This document shows positions 1 through 12,900 of a stretch of 64,000 nucleotides of DNA, piece after piece. The DNA lies in assembly GCA_951406725.2 (NCBI GenBank), contig OX597832.1:29698001-29762000 (forward strand), written 5' to 3'. A model generated the notes under the pieces. That model made no database searches. It was not told the DNA's origin and saw nothing but the letters and a program-made list of their open reading frames with translations. The translations under genes and the position numbers were made by a program. The stretch is from Octopus vulgaris (lineage: Eukaryota). Every line of letters starts with the position of its first letter. Position 1 is the first letter of the stretch.

Positions 1-251
1 CTCCCATCATGAGAAATGTAGTGACCCAGTGAATGGTCAATAGTAAACCTGCAACCAATGAGATTTAGTCAGCAATTGGGATTTATGAAATATTAAAATC
101 CTGATAAAGAAATAATTGACTGATTAACAGTGAATGAGGCAAGAAATTCGTTAATAAGAATTAGAAAATGTCTGGTTTGATTTATTATCAGATATTTACA
201 TAAAGTGGTTTAGTTGCGAAATAAACTCAGGAAACAGGAGCAACAACAATA

Positions 252-311
<60 letters not shown>

Positions 312-1653
312 GTAATAATGGTGAAGAATAGAATTTGAAAACCAAACAAAACAAATAAAAAAAAATTAAAATAAATAAAACAGATCCGAGAAAGAATTGA
401 ACTTAAAACCACTGTTTTCTGGTGTTGAAACATAAATAAATCTGTTTAACATGTATTTGATCTCAGTATCTCAGTATAACCCCTCTGACGCAGACAGCAG
501 GACCACACACACATGCACACACACACACGCACTGGTTCTACTCTTTCAAACACACAGCATCTGCTCACTAAAGACAAAGGGATGCAGACAGGAAGTCCAC
601 AGAGGAAGTAAGTTCCATTAAAAATGGCAGACAAAGAATGTTCCATTTATCACAGACATGGCTCAAACCAACGTTTCTTCTCTCTCACCACAAATTTTGT
701 GCCAAGGCAAAGCAAGTCGGATCTTCCAGACCCTAATTTAATGGCTAATTTCTTTCGGACAATTTTGAAGGATATCAAAAACAGCTGATGTCTTTTCAGC
801 ATTAGCTTTGATGTCTCAATCACATTTACATGTGACAGGGATGTCATCATAAATCAAGTTGGATATAAACCAACATTTAAATCACATCTATCATCTAACA
901 TTTGTCATCTGTCAGGCTGGAAAGACTAACCATCAAATAGTTTTACAGCCAAAGTAGTAGCAAAGAAAACCAGATTCTTCAGAAGTGGGGGTAGGGGAGT
1001 CATAAATTCATCTGGCTTGGAGACATCACTTGAATCACAGATAGCGTCTCATAGGGGTGGGATAGGGTTGTTTATCAATTATGATTTAGCCAAAGCCTTT
1101 ATTTCAAACACCTGACCTCAACAGACTTGGAGGAATTTTAATCATTGTTAAATCATTAACGATGCTGAACATCTGGTTGAAAATTACGAGACAGAAAGAA
1201 AATGGCCATGGATGAGAGGAACGCAAAGAGAGGAGGTCGACCAAAGGAAAACATTCCCTGCCTAAAAGGTTCATGATAAATTAAAGAAATGCACACAAAT
1301 TCCATCCATGACGAAACAGGGGGGAAATAAAAAGAAAAAGAAAAGGAAAGAAAACAGGTGCTTGTTTGAAAGTGATTTTGGTAAAGAAGGCTGTTGGCAG
1401 TTGATAGTTTAAAACTGAAGAATATTCTATATGTTCACAACTTCCATTGGAATGGAGGAATGGTAAATACTAAGCTTGGCACCAACAACAGGAAAGAGAG
1501 TATTCAAAATGTTGTTTGAAGTAAAATTGATGAAAACTGGTGATTTTAACAGAAAAATAATATATTTTTTCCCACCATTATCATCATCTAGAAAATATTT
1601 CTTCATTTCTCTCTCTCTCTCTCACACAATGGTAAAAGACACACAGACATTCT

Positions 1654-1659
1654 TTTATT
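1654..1659 (-). promoter_or_regulatory. candidate polyadenylation signal for a long RUBCN 3' UTR
   Basis: AATAAA on the minus strand followed by a GU/U-rich tract (tgtctgtgtgtctttt); other AATAAA hexamers exist upstream. Confidence 0.3.
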
Positions 1660-3281
1660 GTTTTTTAGTCACAGGTCTGGCCATACTGGGGCACCACCTT
1701 CTAGAGCACAAGGAATTATATCAACCCCAATTTCTTTTTTTTTTTTTTTTTTTTTTCTGATTTTGGAAGGATGGAAGGCAAAATGTGGGACTGGATGGGA
1801 ATTGAACTCTGCACTTCGAGGCATGCAACCGATGCCACAAAGTATTTTACAGATGCTCTACCGATTCTTAACCTATAAATTACGGAAATAAATAAATACA
1901 AGGACAAATAGCCAAGAATAAATAACAATATATTTGGTACAGTATGGTACAGTACAGGACACAGTTCAATACACTATACATTACAGTGTAGGACATAGTA
2001 CAGCCACCACGACACCACATAACACATCAACAATGTAAAGCATAAAATGATTGCACATTTAACTCGGAATTAATGTGATACCTTTGTGGTGATGATGGTG
2101 GCGGCGGTAGTGATGATGATGACGATGGTGATGATGATGGTGATGACATTCTAGAAACCGATTCCGCAGTTTGAAATTTCCACAAAACCAACATTTTTAA
2201 CAAAAGCAAATGAAAGAAGGGTAAAAATTATCGTCACATTGGTACGAGACCACAAATTTGTAATGGAAGCTTATAAGTGGATTGACTCTACCTCAAGACA
2301 TGACTGGTACAGAACTTAATGATATTCCCCACCCCTCCAGGGGTCAATAACAAAATTAAAAAAAAAAAAAAATAGACACCAGCAGAATTTGAGACCAGGA
2401 AGTAGGGAGGCAGAGAATTAAACTGAAGACAGCACATTGGATCATCTATTGTACGGTTTCAGCCAATAATAGCAAAATTAATAATAATAATCCTTCCTAT
2501 TATAGGCACAAGGCCTGGAATTTTGGGGAAGGGAGCCAGTCGATTAGGTCGACCCCAGCACGCAACTGGTACTTAATTTGTCGACCCCGAAAAGATGAAA
2601 GGCAAAGTTGACCTCGGTGGAATTTGAACTCAGAACATAGATGAAATACTGTTAAGCATTTTGCCTGGTGTGTTAACATTTCTGCCAGCTCACTACCTTA
2701 ATAATAATAATAATAATAATAATCCTTTCTACTATAGGCACAAGGCCTGGATTTTCTGGGGAGGGGAACAGTCGCACTCATTGACCCCAGTATTCAACTT
2801 TATTGACTCCGAAAGGATGAAAGGCAAAGTTGACCTTGGCGGAATTTGAACTCAGAATGTTAGTGATGGGTGAAATACTGCTAAGCATTTCACCCAGTGT
2901 GCTAACAATTCTGCCAGCTAGCGTTCATAGGGGAAAACGATTATGAAGTTGGTTGGCAGCAGATGTTAGAACTTGTAGCAAATAAGAACCAAATTTTAGA
3001 ATTTATAGAAATAAATCTCACATCTTTCCAATATGGAAGATCATTCATTGCTCTGTGGACACACAGACATCATGCAAAGGAATTTCAAGACAAATGGATT
3101 CCATAGAAATCTAAACCATTTTTCTTATTTCAGAAAATAACACAAGACATTAATATAGATATTCTAACCAAGAAAATTGGCCTAAACTAAAATATTATCA
3201 GAAGACAATAGCAAAATTCTGATAATGACAGAAATCTAAAATGATTTCTTACAGAAAGTACCTTAAACGTCTACAGACATA

Positions 3282-3744
3282 CGAGGGTGAGTCAAAAAGT
3301 AATGCTGTTTAGGACAGGTATAATTACCAATACAGGAACATGTATCATACATCAAAATGAAGCTGGTTCTGTGGATCACATCCCTACTTCTCAACATAGT
3401 CACAGTTTCTCTCAATAGCAATGTTCCCCCACCGAATGAGAGATGGACTATCATCTCTTCAGCCCCATGAAAGACGGTTTGAGAGGCAAACCTTATTCCA
3501 GTGACGAGGAAGTGAAAACTGTAGTGAAGAAGTGGTTCAAAGCAGTCAACAGAATTCTATGGGGCAGGAATACATGCTCTCATTTGAAGGTGGAACATTA
3601 CTATTGAGAGAAATGGTGACTATGTTGAGAAGTAGGGATGTGATTCACAGAGGACCAGCTTCATTTTGATGTATGATACATGTTCCTGTGTTGGTAATTA
3701 TACCTGTCCTAAACAAAATGGCATTACTTTTTGACTCACCCTCA
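3282..3744 (+). mobile_element. non-autonomous mariner element with long inverted ends
   Basis: TA-flanked TIR cgagggtgagtcaaaaagtaatgc; degenerate transposase C-terminus DYHLFSPMKDGLRGKPYSSDEEVK...WNITIERNGDYVEK*. Confidence 0.9.
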
Positions 3745-5654
3745 TATTATGATGTAACAGTGAAATGGTTAGAGATAGAATGAATGTTTCTATCACAGAC
3801 TTTCAACCAGGTCAGTAAGAACTGACAACTTCTTTACACCCAAGCCAACTATATCCAATTGAGCTTCATAAAAATTGGTAAAAAGCATCAGGCAGACTTC
3901 TAAAGAAGAGGAAGGCTTCAATCATCAGAGTCCAAATTGATGGCTGTGAAAAAGGATGGCCCCTCAGAGATAGGAGTTTCTGTATTTCAGGTGGACTGGA
4001 AGGGTCATTGCACTATTTACTCTGGTTAATCTTGGCATAAATCATATCGTTTCACAGTTCTGAAGATTCTAACAAAATTAAAGAAGTATTCTACAAAGTG
4101 TAGCTATATAAAGGAATGTTTGGATGGAATTAAATGTTATTACCAACAAATATGTGACATAATTAAATCCAAACACCTAGTCTTCAGCAATTTAACAGTA
4201 TTCCTACTGATCATAGTCTTCACTTAGAAGATGGACAGTGCTACAGTAGAATAGCACAAGACACTTTGAAAGGATTTATGGAAATATTTGGAATGGTTAA
4301 ATGAGAGAGTTTAATGTTGGTTCCCAAATAAAAGTTTTGTACTGGGTCCCACAGACAGAGCAACATAATTCTGACAATTTTCCTCTAATTAATTAGAAAA
4401 TGTGGAATCAAGTGAAACGAAGATTCAGTTTTAAGTTTCTGATGAAAGTCGTTCCGTAGGTGACTCCACATACCAAACCTAACCCCTAACCAATCAGGAG
4501 TTTATACTCAGTGGCTGACAGAGATTGGAAGTTTAAAAAACGGTTTTGAAGTAGCTGAAGACAAGGGTTTTATAGTTCAGGGGTCAGTAACATAGAAAGG
4601 CAGCTCTCGGTTTTTCAGGCAGGTTTACAATGTCAAAAAAAAAAGTGGGGAGGGTCACACAGTTAACTAAGAGAGATTAGACAAACTAAAACCTTCAAAT
4701 CTGTGTCATCAAAGATATTCCTTAATCCATTTAGGGATAATCTATTCAGGCCTAAAGTAACTCTTGAGTCACAGTTTATCCAAAAGTCTACCATCAATTC
4801 TTCATTTTACTGAAGAAAATTTTTTTTTAAAATTTAGCAACAAAGTTTGAGTGAAGAATACTCTTGTGTAAGGCACTGAGTAATTGGACCATGAAATTTC
4901 CAAAGGTCAAAGGTCAAGGAATGATTTCTCTAATGTTAATAGTGCATGGATTTATCATCATTATTATTATCATTTTTATTATTAATTCAGTTAGAAAACT
5001 TTTGAACTACACAGATTTCCCTTAAAGTAGGAATTGGCCCTAAACCTAATTATTTCTATGAAAGCAACATTTAGATAATTCTTTAAATGAAGCTTGGATT
5101 AATTCTCCACACATCGTCCAATCTCCTCCAGGGTTACATACATTTCTTTATTGCTCATACCAGAGTTATATTGAAATCAATATTCCATTCCACAATCAAG
5201 TTTCCAGATTGATCCAATTTCACAATTATAAAAAAAAAAAAAGATTTAGTTTTAAATACCAAAGAATAAAACAATAATTTAGTGGTCACCCTGCCATATT
5301 ATTTAGGGGTCACCTTTGCCATATAATCCAGAGGTCCCTCTGCCATTTTGTTTGGAGGACCAATCTTCTAGAATTCAAGAAAAATTCTCAACTAAAATTT
5401 AATTTCTGATTAAAAGAACAAAAGATAAAATATTTCAAAGTGAAACCATTTCCACAAAGGAAAAAAGCAAAGGAATCGTTTTGCTTTGGTGAAACAAATT
5501 GAAATTTCTAATAGTTTTTTACTCCAGAATCTCAGTTGGTTCCCTGTTCAGAATTTTTGTAAGAAAGCTTCAACAACCTTTCACTGCAAGATCTCATCAA
5601 AATATACATTGCAGGGCAACATGTGACACCATCCTTCTGCAGTTATTGATCACA

Positions 5655-5850
5655 TGCACACACACACACACTCCTTCCTTTCTATATACATACACACACA
5701 CACACCTTCCTTTCTATATACATACACACACACACACACACACACACCTTCCTTTCTATATACATACACACTCCTTCCTTTCTATATACATACACACACA
5801 CCTTCCTTTCTATATACATACACACACAGACACACACATATATATATATA
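5655..5850. repeat. minisatellite (CA)n-CCTTCCTTTCTATATACATA, 5 units
   Basis: Repeat units read directly from the sequence. Confidence 0.85.
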
Positions 5851-6395
5851 TCTCAAACCAAGACATTATATACACCAACAACGCATTAAATATATTTAGC
5901 TGCACATGCTTATAAAGCATAATTCTTAAAACATATTTTACCGATTGTATTTATGATGACAATGATGATGATGGTGGTGGTGGTGGTGGGGATTGTACAC
6001 ACAGAATCACATGGAAGTAAGCTTGTCAATGCAACAACAAAGACAAACAATAATAATTATAATAGTAATAATAATAATAATAATAATCATCATAGTAATA
6101 AAAAAAATAGTTTCCAGTATAAATATAATCCTTTAGCATGTACAAAGCTTTGACCAGAAAAGCCGTTTCTATTTGGTGATAATGTCGTTAAGCTGGTACC
6201 AAATGTGGAAGCTGGAGGAATAGATTGCTGGCCTCGTAACACAGGGCATCTCTTGCATTACAGAACGAGATATTGCACAGTTAACGCAGCAGCATCTGCT
6301 TGTCTTAACTGCAGCAGGACTGATGCAGGTGGCACAAACAAGACACGGTCATTCCAATAATAACTGACAGCCAAACTTGATGATGGCTACCTTAG

Positions 6396-6450
6396 TCAGC
6401 CGTTTTCTTCCTCTTCTATATCGGCCGAGCGCTGTTGTTGCACTTTCCTT
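6396..6450 (-). CDS. RUBCN: RUBCN terminal coding exon ([18 protein letters not shown])
   Basis: ttttatttcag acceptor, phase 2, TGA at 6398-6396; acidic tail. Confidence 0.8.
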
Positions 6451-9400
6451 CTGAAATAAAAGAACACATTCACCATGTTACCAAACGGAACCGACCAAAG
6501 AATTTCTTCAACTTATCTCTGCAATTTTTATTTCAAATATTTTTGTTTCGTTTTAACAGAAAATTTGATGTTTATTTCTCCAAGAAACACTGACAAAAAT
6601 AGTCTTAAAAATTAGAATGTTAATTATTGCTTTAGGTGAAATTAGGCCGAAAAATTAGCATGTTAATTAATATTGCTAAAATTTAGTTCATACAAAATCA
6701 TATTGCCTTCCTTATAATTCCCAGATTTTATGATTGGCCATAGCAACCCACTCCTGGTCACATGTTACTACAATCCCACCACCCCTTTAACACCCATTGC
6801 TATTACCTCAACCAAAATCTCATTAACATCAATAATTAAGACTAAACTTCAGTCTGTAGATCTTTTCATCAGTTTTATGGAAGAACTTTCCGGTCAGTTT
6901 CTGTCCCAAAACGCACCCCAAATGTTTTACCAAACTTCTCTAAATCACTGACTTTAAAAATTTTGAAGGTTGGTCTCTATTGATAGATTTTTTCAGCCAA
7001 TTGTGGAAGCGGGGAGGCACAGACACACACACACACATTTTGACCATTCTGGCTTGGATTGGACAAAACATGTTGAGGCAATAATCTACAGAGTTGATTG
7101 CCACCTGTGCCAGTGGAACGTTAAAAGCCTCATTTGAGCATGATTGTTGCCAGTGACGCCGGACTGGCTCCTGTGCAGGTGGCACGCAAAATGCACTATT
7201 TGAGCGTGGCTGATGCCAGTACCACCTCACTGGCCCTCGTACCGGTGGCATGTAAAAACAACCACTACACTCTCGGAGTGGTTGGAGTTAGGAAGGGCAT
7301 CCAGCTGTAGAAACTTTGCCAGATCGGATTGGAGACTGGTGCAGTCTTCTGGATCGCCAGTCCTCAGTCAAACTGTCCAACCCATGCCAGCATGGAAAGC
7401 AGACATGAATGAAGTAACAGAAAAACTGTCCTAAACACTCAAACAGGATTTAATTTCACTTGTAATAATTCTAAGTTCAATTCTTACCCAGATCGGTCCT
7501 ACATTTATTCCCGTCAACAAGTATCAGTAATATATCACTGATGATGGAGACACACTGCCCTAAAATAAGTGACTTGGTGTATATGCAAGAAATTACAATA
7601 TATATGTAAAAACTTAAAAATTAATTAGGTTTCTAAGAAATTTAAGTTTTCATGAAATTAATTAGGTTTTTATAAAGCTTATTCAAACCAGCAGAGACAG
7701 GCAGTTAGGAAATCAGGTAAGGGTTAGTGAGAAAAATGAAGTTTAGAAGAATCTAAGAGACTAGAAGATGGCATAACCATTTGGTTAATATTTATAATAA
7801 TGTTTAGTTTTGGGTTAACAAGTCAAGAATTCATGCTGAAGCAATTTATAAAAATGGAAAACAAACCCAAACCAGTAGAAGTTCTTCTTGCAGAGTCAAA
7901 AAAGAAAACATGCATGAACTATTGTCAGTTTGGAAATTACGAAGAAGATAACGATGCCAAGATTGATCAAAGGAATTGTTAAATGTAAGATTATGAAGGC
8001 AGCCGTAGAAGGTGGATATTTGACAGCCAATTAAAGAACAAACGGTTTCTGGACAGTGACAAAATATCATGCTTCCAATCTACAAAGAGAGTTATTTCTT
8101 CAAATATTATTGAACACTGATCAATAGTTTAGGCTTTAGATATTGAGTCTCATCTTTAGGAAATTTTCCTAATCAATATTTTATTATTTAGATTATTTAG
8201 TGATGGAATGCAGACATGACAGACTGGTGCACAGTTGCAACAGGTGATGGACAATGCAGTTACATCTGCAGTGGGTTGATGTCCTTTGATTAAGTCTGCT
8301 TGGTGCATAAGACGGAGTTGTGTAGGTGGATCATACAACTCAGCTTGCTTGATGAAAGAAGACCCAAATGTTCTGAGAATGGAGTTAGGCCACATTCTGA
8401 TAAAAAAAGCTACCAGATCTTTTTTTTTCAACATCACAAATTTCTCTAATATGGTGACCACGTGTTGAAAGACATAAAATTTATGGCAGGACACCATTTA
8501 ATGAGGGCTGGGGGTTCATAGCATGAACAGAGATCAACCAATGTCCAATCTATATAGATATACAAGTCAGGGCCAATAACACAGCATGCTCAATGATAAG
8601 ATGAGGATTTGGGCGTCCAGCCTCAACAGACAACCCAAGATGAACATTTTCCTAGCAACATATCAGGACAAGCCTCCTTGGATCTGTAGCCATGTTCCTT
8701 GATGGCTGCCGCACTCAGATGCTCCTGATGGCTTCCAAAGAAGGACCAATCAGCAACTTCAGAGTGACTTCCTCTTCCCAGTGGACCAAGAAAAAAATAG
8801 AAAAAGGGGCTGCAGTTTGCTACAAGGTCCCATCTGAATCACTTGTAGATGTCTGCATGCCTTGCGGCTGAGTCAACCTCTGGAAACCAACTCGTGGTAG
8901 ACGGTCGAAAGTAAGGACTTTGATGTAGGAGAATGATTCCACATCTGCTGATAAAATTTAGATGATGGATGATGAAAGAATGCGCTGCAGCCCTCATCAT
9001 GCCCAATGCAAGTTGCATCAATACAAAACATTAAAAAAAACCTCAACCTGAAAGGGTTTTTATTTTTATATTTTCAGACAAAATATTTAGTAGATTGTTC
9101 TAGACGATATTTTAAAAATATAATTAGAACAACAACAGCAACAATAGAGGTGTATAAAGCCAGAAAGAAGGACAGCAATGTCTAATTTAAACTATTGATC
9201 TTTGGTGGTGGTCGTTGCTCCCACCAGAAACGGTAGACAGGTTTGGTTGAAAAGGGATTAAGATTGATGAAGTTCCACTACAAGGAATACTTTACCAGTA
9301 GCGAGATAATGTCACTTCCACAAATAGCCATCAGTCACCTTCGTTTTTAACCTCTCTGAAGACAAGTTGAAAATTATTTCATACCAATGGTTTCAGAAAA

Positions 9401-9887
9401 TGGTTTCATTTAACACACAAAGGTTTACAGAGAACTTTCTAACAATCTCTGCTTTAACAGCTTTTAAAATTGAGTTTTTTAAAAAATATTTTAGTTTATC
9501 CAAAATAAATATACACTCCAACATCATGTAAGTTCTGTTCATAAGCTGTCACTGTTCATTATACACACACACACATTCACTGACTATACATTGAAGCTTG
9601 TTGATGCGTTTATCATTTACAGGCGTTCAGACTGCATACTAAAGGTTGTTGTGGTATTTATATTATACATCCATTTACTGATTACTTACTAAAGGCCATT
9701 AACTGACTACATACTAAAAGCCATTGCTATATTCATTTTATATATACATTCACTGGCCATACATGAACAGTTTAAGTACAAGTACAGACACACACACACA
9801 TACATATATATATAAAGATGTAATTAACTGAAAAATAAAACTTGGATGTGTTAAATCTGTTCTCCTGATATTTATTTATGCATAAGT

Positions 9888-9930
<43 letters not shown>

Positions 9931-12900
9931 GTGTCATCTGACTGGCTCCCATGCTGGTGGCACATAAAAAGCACCATTTGAGTGTGGTCATTGGCAGTGC
10001 CGGTGGCATGTAAAAAGCACCATTCAAGTGTGGTCGATGCCAGTACTGCCTCACTGGCCTTCATGCCGGTGGCACATAAAAAGCACCCATTACACTCTCA
10101 GAGTGGTTGGTGTTAGGAAGGGCATCCAGCTGTAGAAACCTTGCCAGATCAGACTGGAGCCTGGTGCAGCCTTCTAGCTTGCCAGTCCTCAGTCAATCCA
10201 TCCAACCCATGCCAGCATGGAAAGTGGATGTTAAATGATATATATATATATATATTTACAAATTATTACTATTATGTTAAACTGCTGTATGTCCAAATTT
10301 GTCCAAATGCATTTTTTTCGATATTTATTTTTGCTTGCAATAGCCGGTTCTTTTGGTCAAACTATTATATCTCCAGCTACTTCAGATGCCAAGATATCAA
10401 AAATTGTCAAAGAATAGTACAAAGGTTTGGCTATGGAATGGTGAAACTGTTTCCTCATTTTCAGAAAAAGCAACATTTTGGACTTATGACACTTCCGTAT
10501 AATAGCAACAATATATATGGATATTTGAGTGTGTAATCATATTGAAGGTACTCATGTCACATCTTTAAGGGTTGGCTTAACTGACCCCCCAGAACTTGAA
10601 TAATACTTATTTTGCCAACACCAAAAGGACAAAAGATAAACTAACCCTGACCAAACACTTCTAAAACTTTAAACTCATCATTATTGTCACCTTCTTCCAT
10701 CCTTAAAATATGCGTTTAAAAACATTTATCATTTCCCCAAAATTCAGTGAAGAAGAACTCACCTGACAGCAATTCGAGCACATTTCGGACATTTATTGGG
10801 AATGAAACAACTAATGTGGTAACAAGCTTTACAATCTGAAGAGAAGGAATACAAAACACAAATTTTAAAAAATATGTACATACAAAAAAAAACAAACAAA
10901 CAATAAAGCAAGAATAAAAACATTATTAAAGAAATTCTACCTAATCATCATTATTGTTTTACATCTACTTTTCATGTTGGCATGAGTTAGGTGGATTACC
11001 GTGGTCAAAGTCAACACATAATTAGGGATACTTCTCACTTAGAAGGGGTCAGAGCTGTATAAATAGTATCATGCTAATATTACCAATTCTACAATGGTTT
11101 CAGGCTCAGTTCCACTCCGTGACTCCTTAAACTTTGTAACCCTGGGTTAACCAATGAGTTGTCAGTGGAATTGGTACACAGAAAATGTGTGGAAGCTCAC
11201 TGTATATAAGTATCTCGTCTACAGTAAGACATCGTACTTTTAGCCCCTCAAAACTTGTCCACCTCCCCCACTCTTCCTCAAATACCCCTCCACTCAATTG
11301 GGTGGAGGGTTTCTATTCTAATAAGTTACTTACTGACCATACTAGTATCAAAGTCAGGAGGCAAAAAGCACCCAGTACACATTGTAGAGCAGTTGGTGTT
11401 AGGAAGGGCATCCTGCTGTAGAAACCATGTCAAAATGCCAAAGTTGATATTGGAGTTTGACACAGTCCGGCAGCTTGTCAAATCCTTTCAGAACATAAAG
11501 ACAGACAAAATGCTGCTAAACAATTTGCCCGGCATTTTAATGATTCCGCCAGCTCTCCACCTTAACAACAATAATAATAATCTTTTCTACTGAAGGCACA
11601 AGGCCTCAAATTTGGAGTGGAAGGGACCAGTCGATTACAATGACCCCAGTGTTTTACTGGTACTTAATTTATCGACCCCTGAAAGGATGAAAAGCAAAGT
11701 CGACCTCGGCAGAATTTGAATTCAAAACATAATGGCAGACAAAATACCTATTTCTTTACTACTCACAGAGGGGACAAACAAGGACAGACGATTGAACTCA
11801 GAACATAGCGGCAGATGAAATACTGCTAAGCATTTCGCCCGGCGTACTAACGTTTCTGCCAGTTCACCGCCTTAACAACAACAATAATAATAATAAATCA
11901 CAACAGTAATATTTCCCTCAAAAACCCTGATGTTGGTAACACAGGGAGAACCTTGTCCTCTTTTTCTGCAGGTAGACTGAATCAACATTCCTTTAACAAC
12001 TCTGTCACTGTTGCAATCTACTTTCCCACTAAATTAATTCATAGCTAACCCCTAAATGAAACGAATTTCATGAACCAAATATTAGTTGATCAATGGCAGA
12101 TATTCCATTATATTATTCCTAGGTCAACAAGGAAAAGGGGACGGGGGCATTCAATTTGTTAGTATAGTAAGGTGCAACTTTACAATCATAAATAATTTAA
12201 TTTAGATTTGAATTATGTTAATTAAAAATTAACTTGATTTAATTGGTAATTAACTTTTCATTGTCTTAATTCTCCGAAAATACCTTAAAATTGCTTTTTG
12301 ATAAGAACAGTAATTCTTTGCTGAGGAGGCCTAATAACATAACACTGGAACATGCTTGAGTTGTCTCCCATACTTGCCAGTTACAATAATATTAGTCATT
12401 ATGTCCAATTAGATTTTTGATATCAACTTTATTAAATATTTTATCACTAACTTAACTATTGTCTTTCATACAGATGGCATCACTGAGTAATCTATTATGA
12501 CTCTCAGAGACCGACTTTTTGGGACTCAACGGGCAAAGGGACATAGTTTCCTGCAGGTTACCAAAAAAAAGAAAAAGAAAAAAATAACAAAGTCAAAATT
12601 TGTCAACTAATTTAGGGATAACCCGAAAATATGATTTAGGGATAACCCGAAAATATGACCCACAAATCAAAAGACCCAAATGTTGAAAGGCAAAAAATAG
12701 GAACCCGTGTGTGTGTTTCTATGTGTCTGTATGCAGGTAAGATGTTAGAGAGGCAGAAGACAGGGAAAAGAAGAGAGTTGAACCAACCTGATTGATGATG
12801 CTTTCAGTTAAAAATAAAGAAATTATAATTAATGTAAAGAATCATTTAATTCAAACAAGGAGAGAAATTGTTTAATTAATGGAGAGGGATTTATTTAGGG

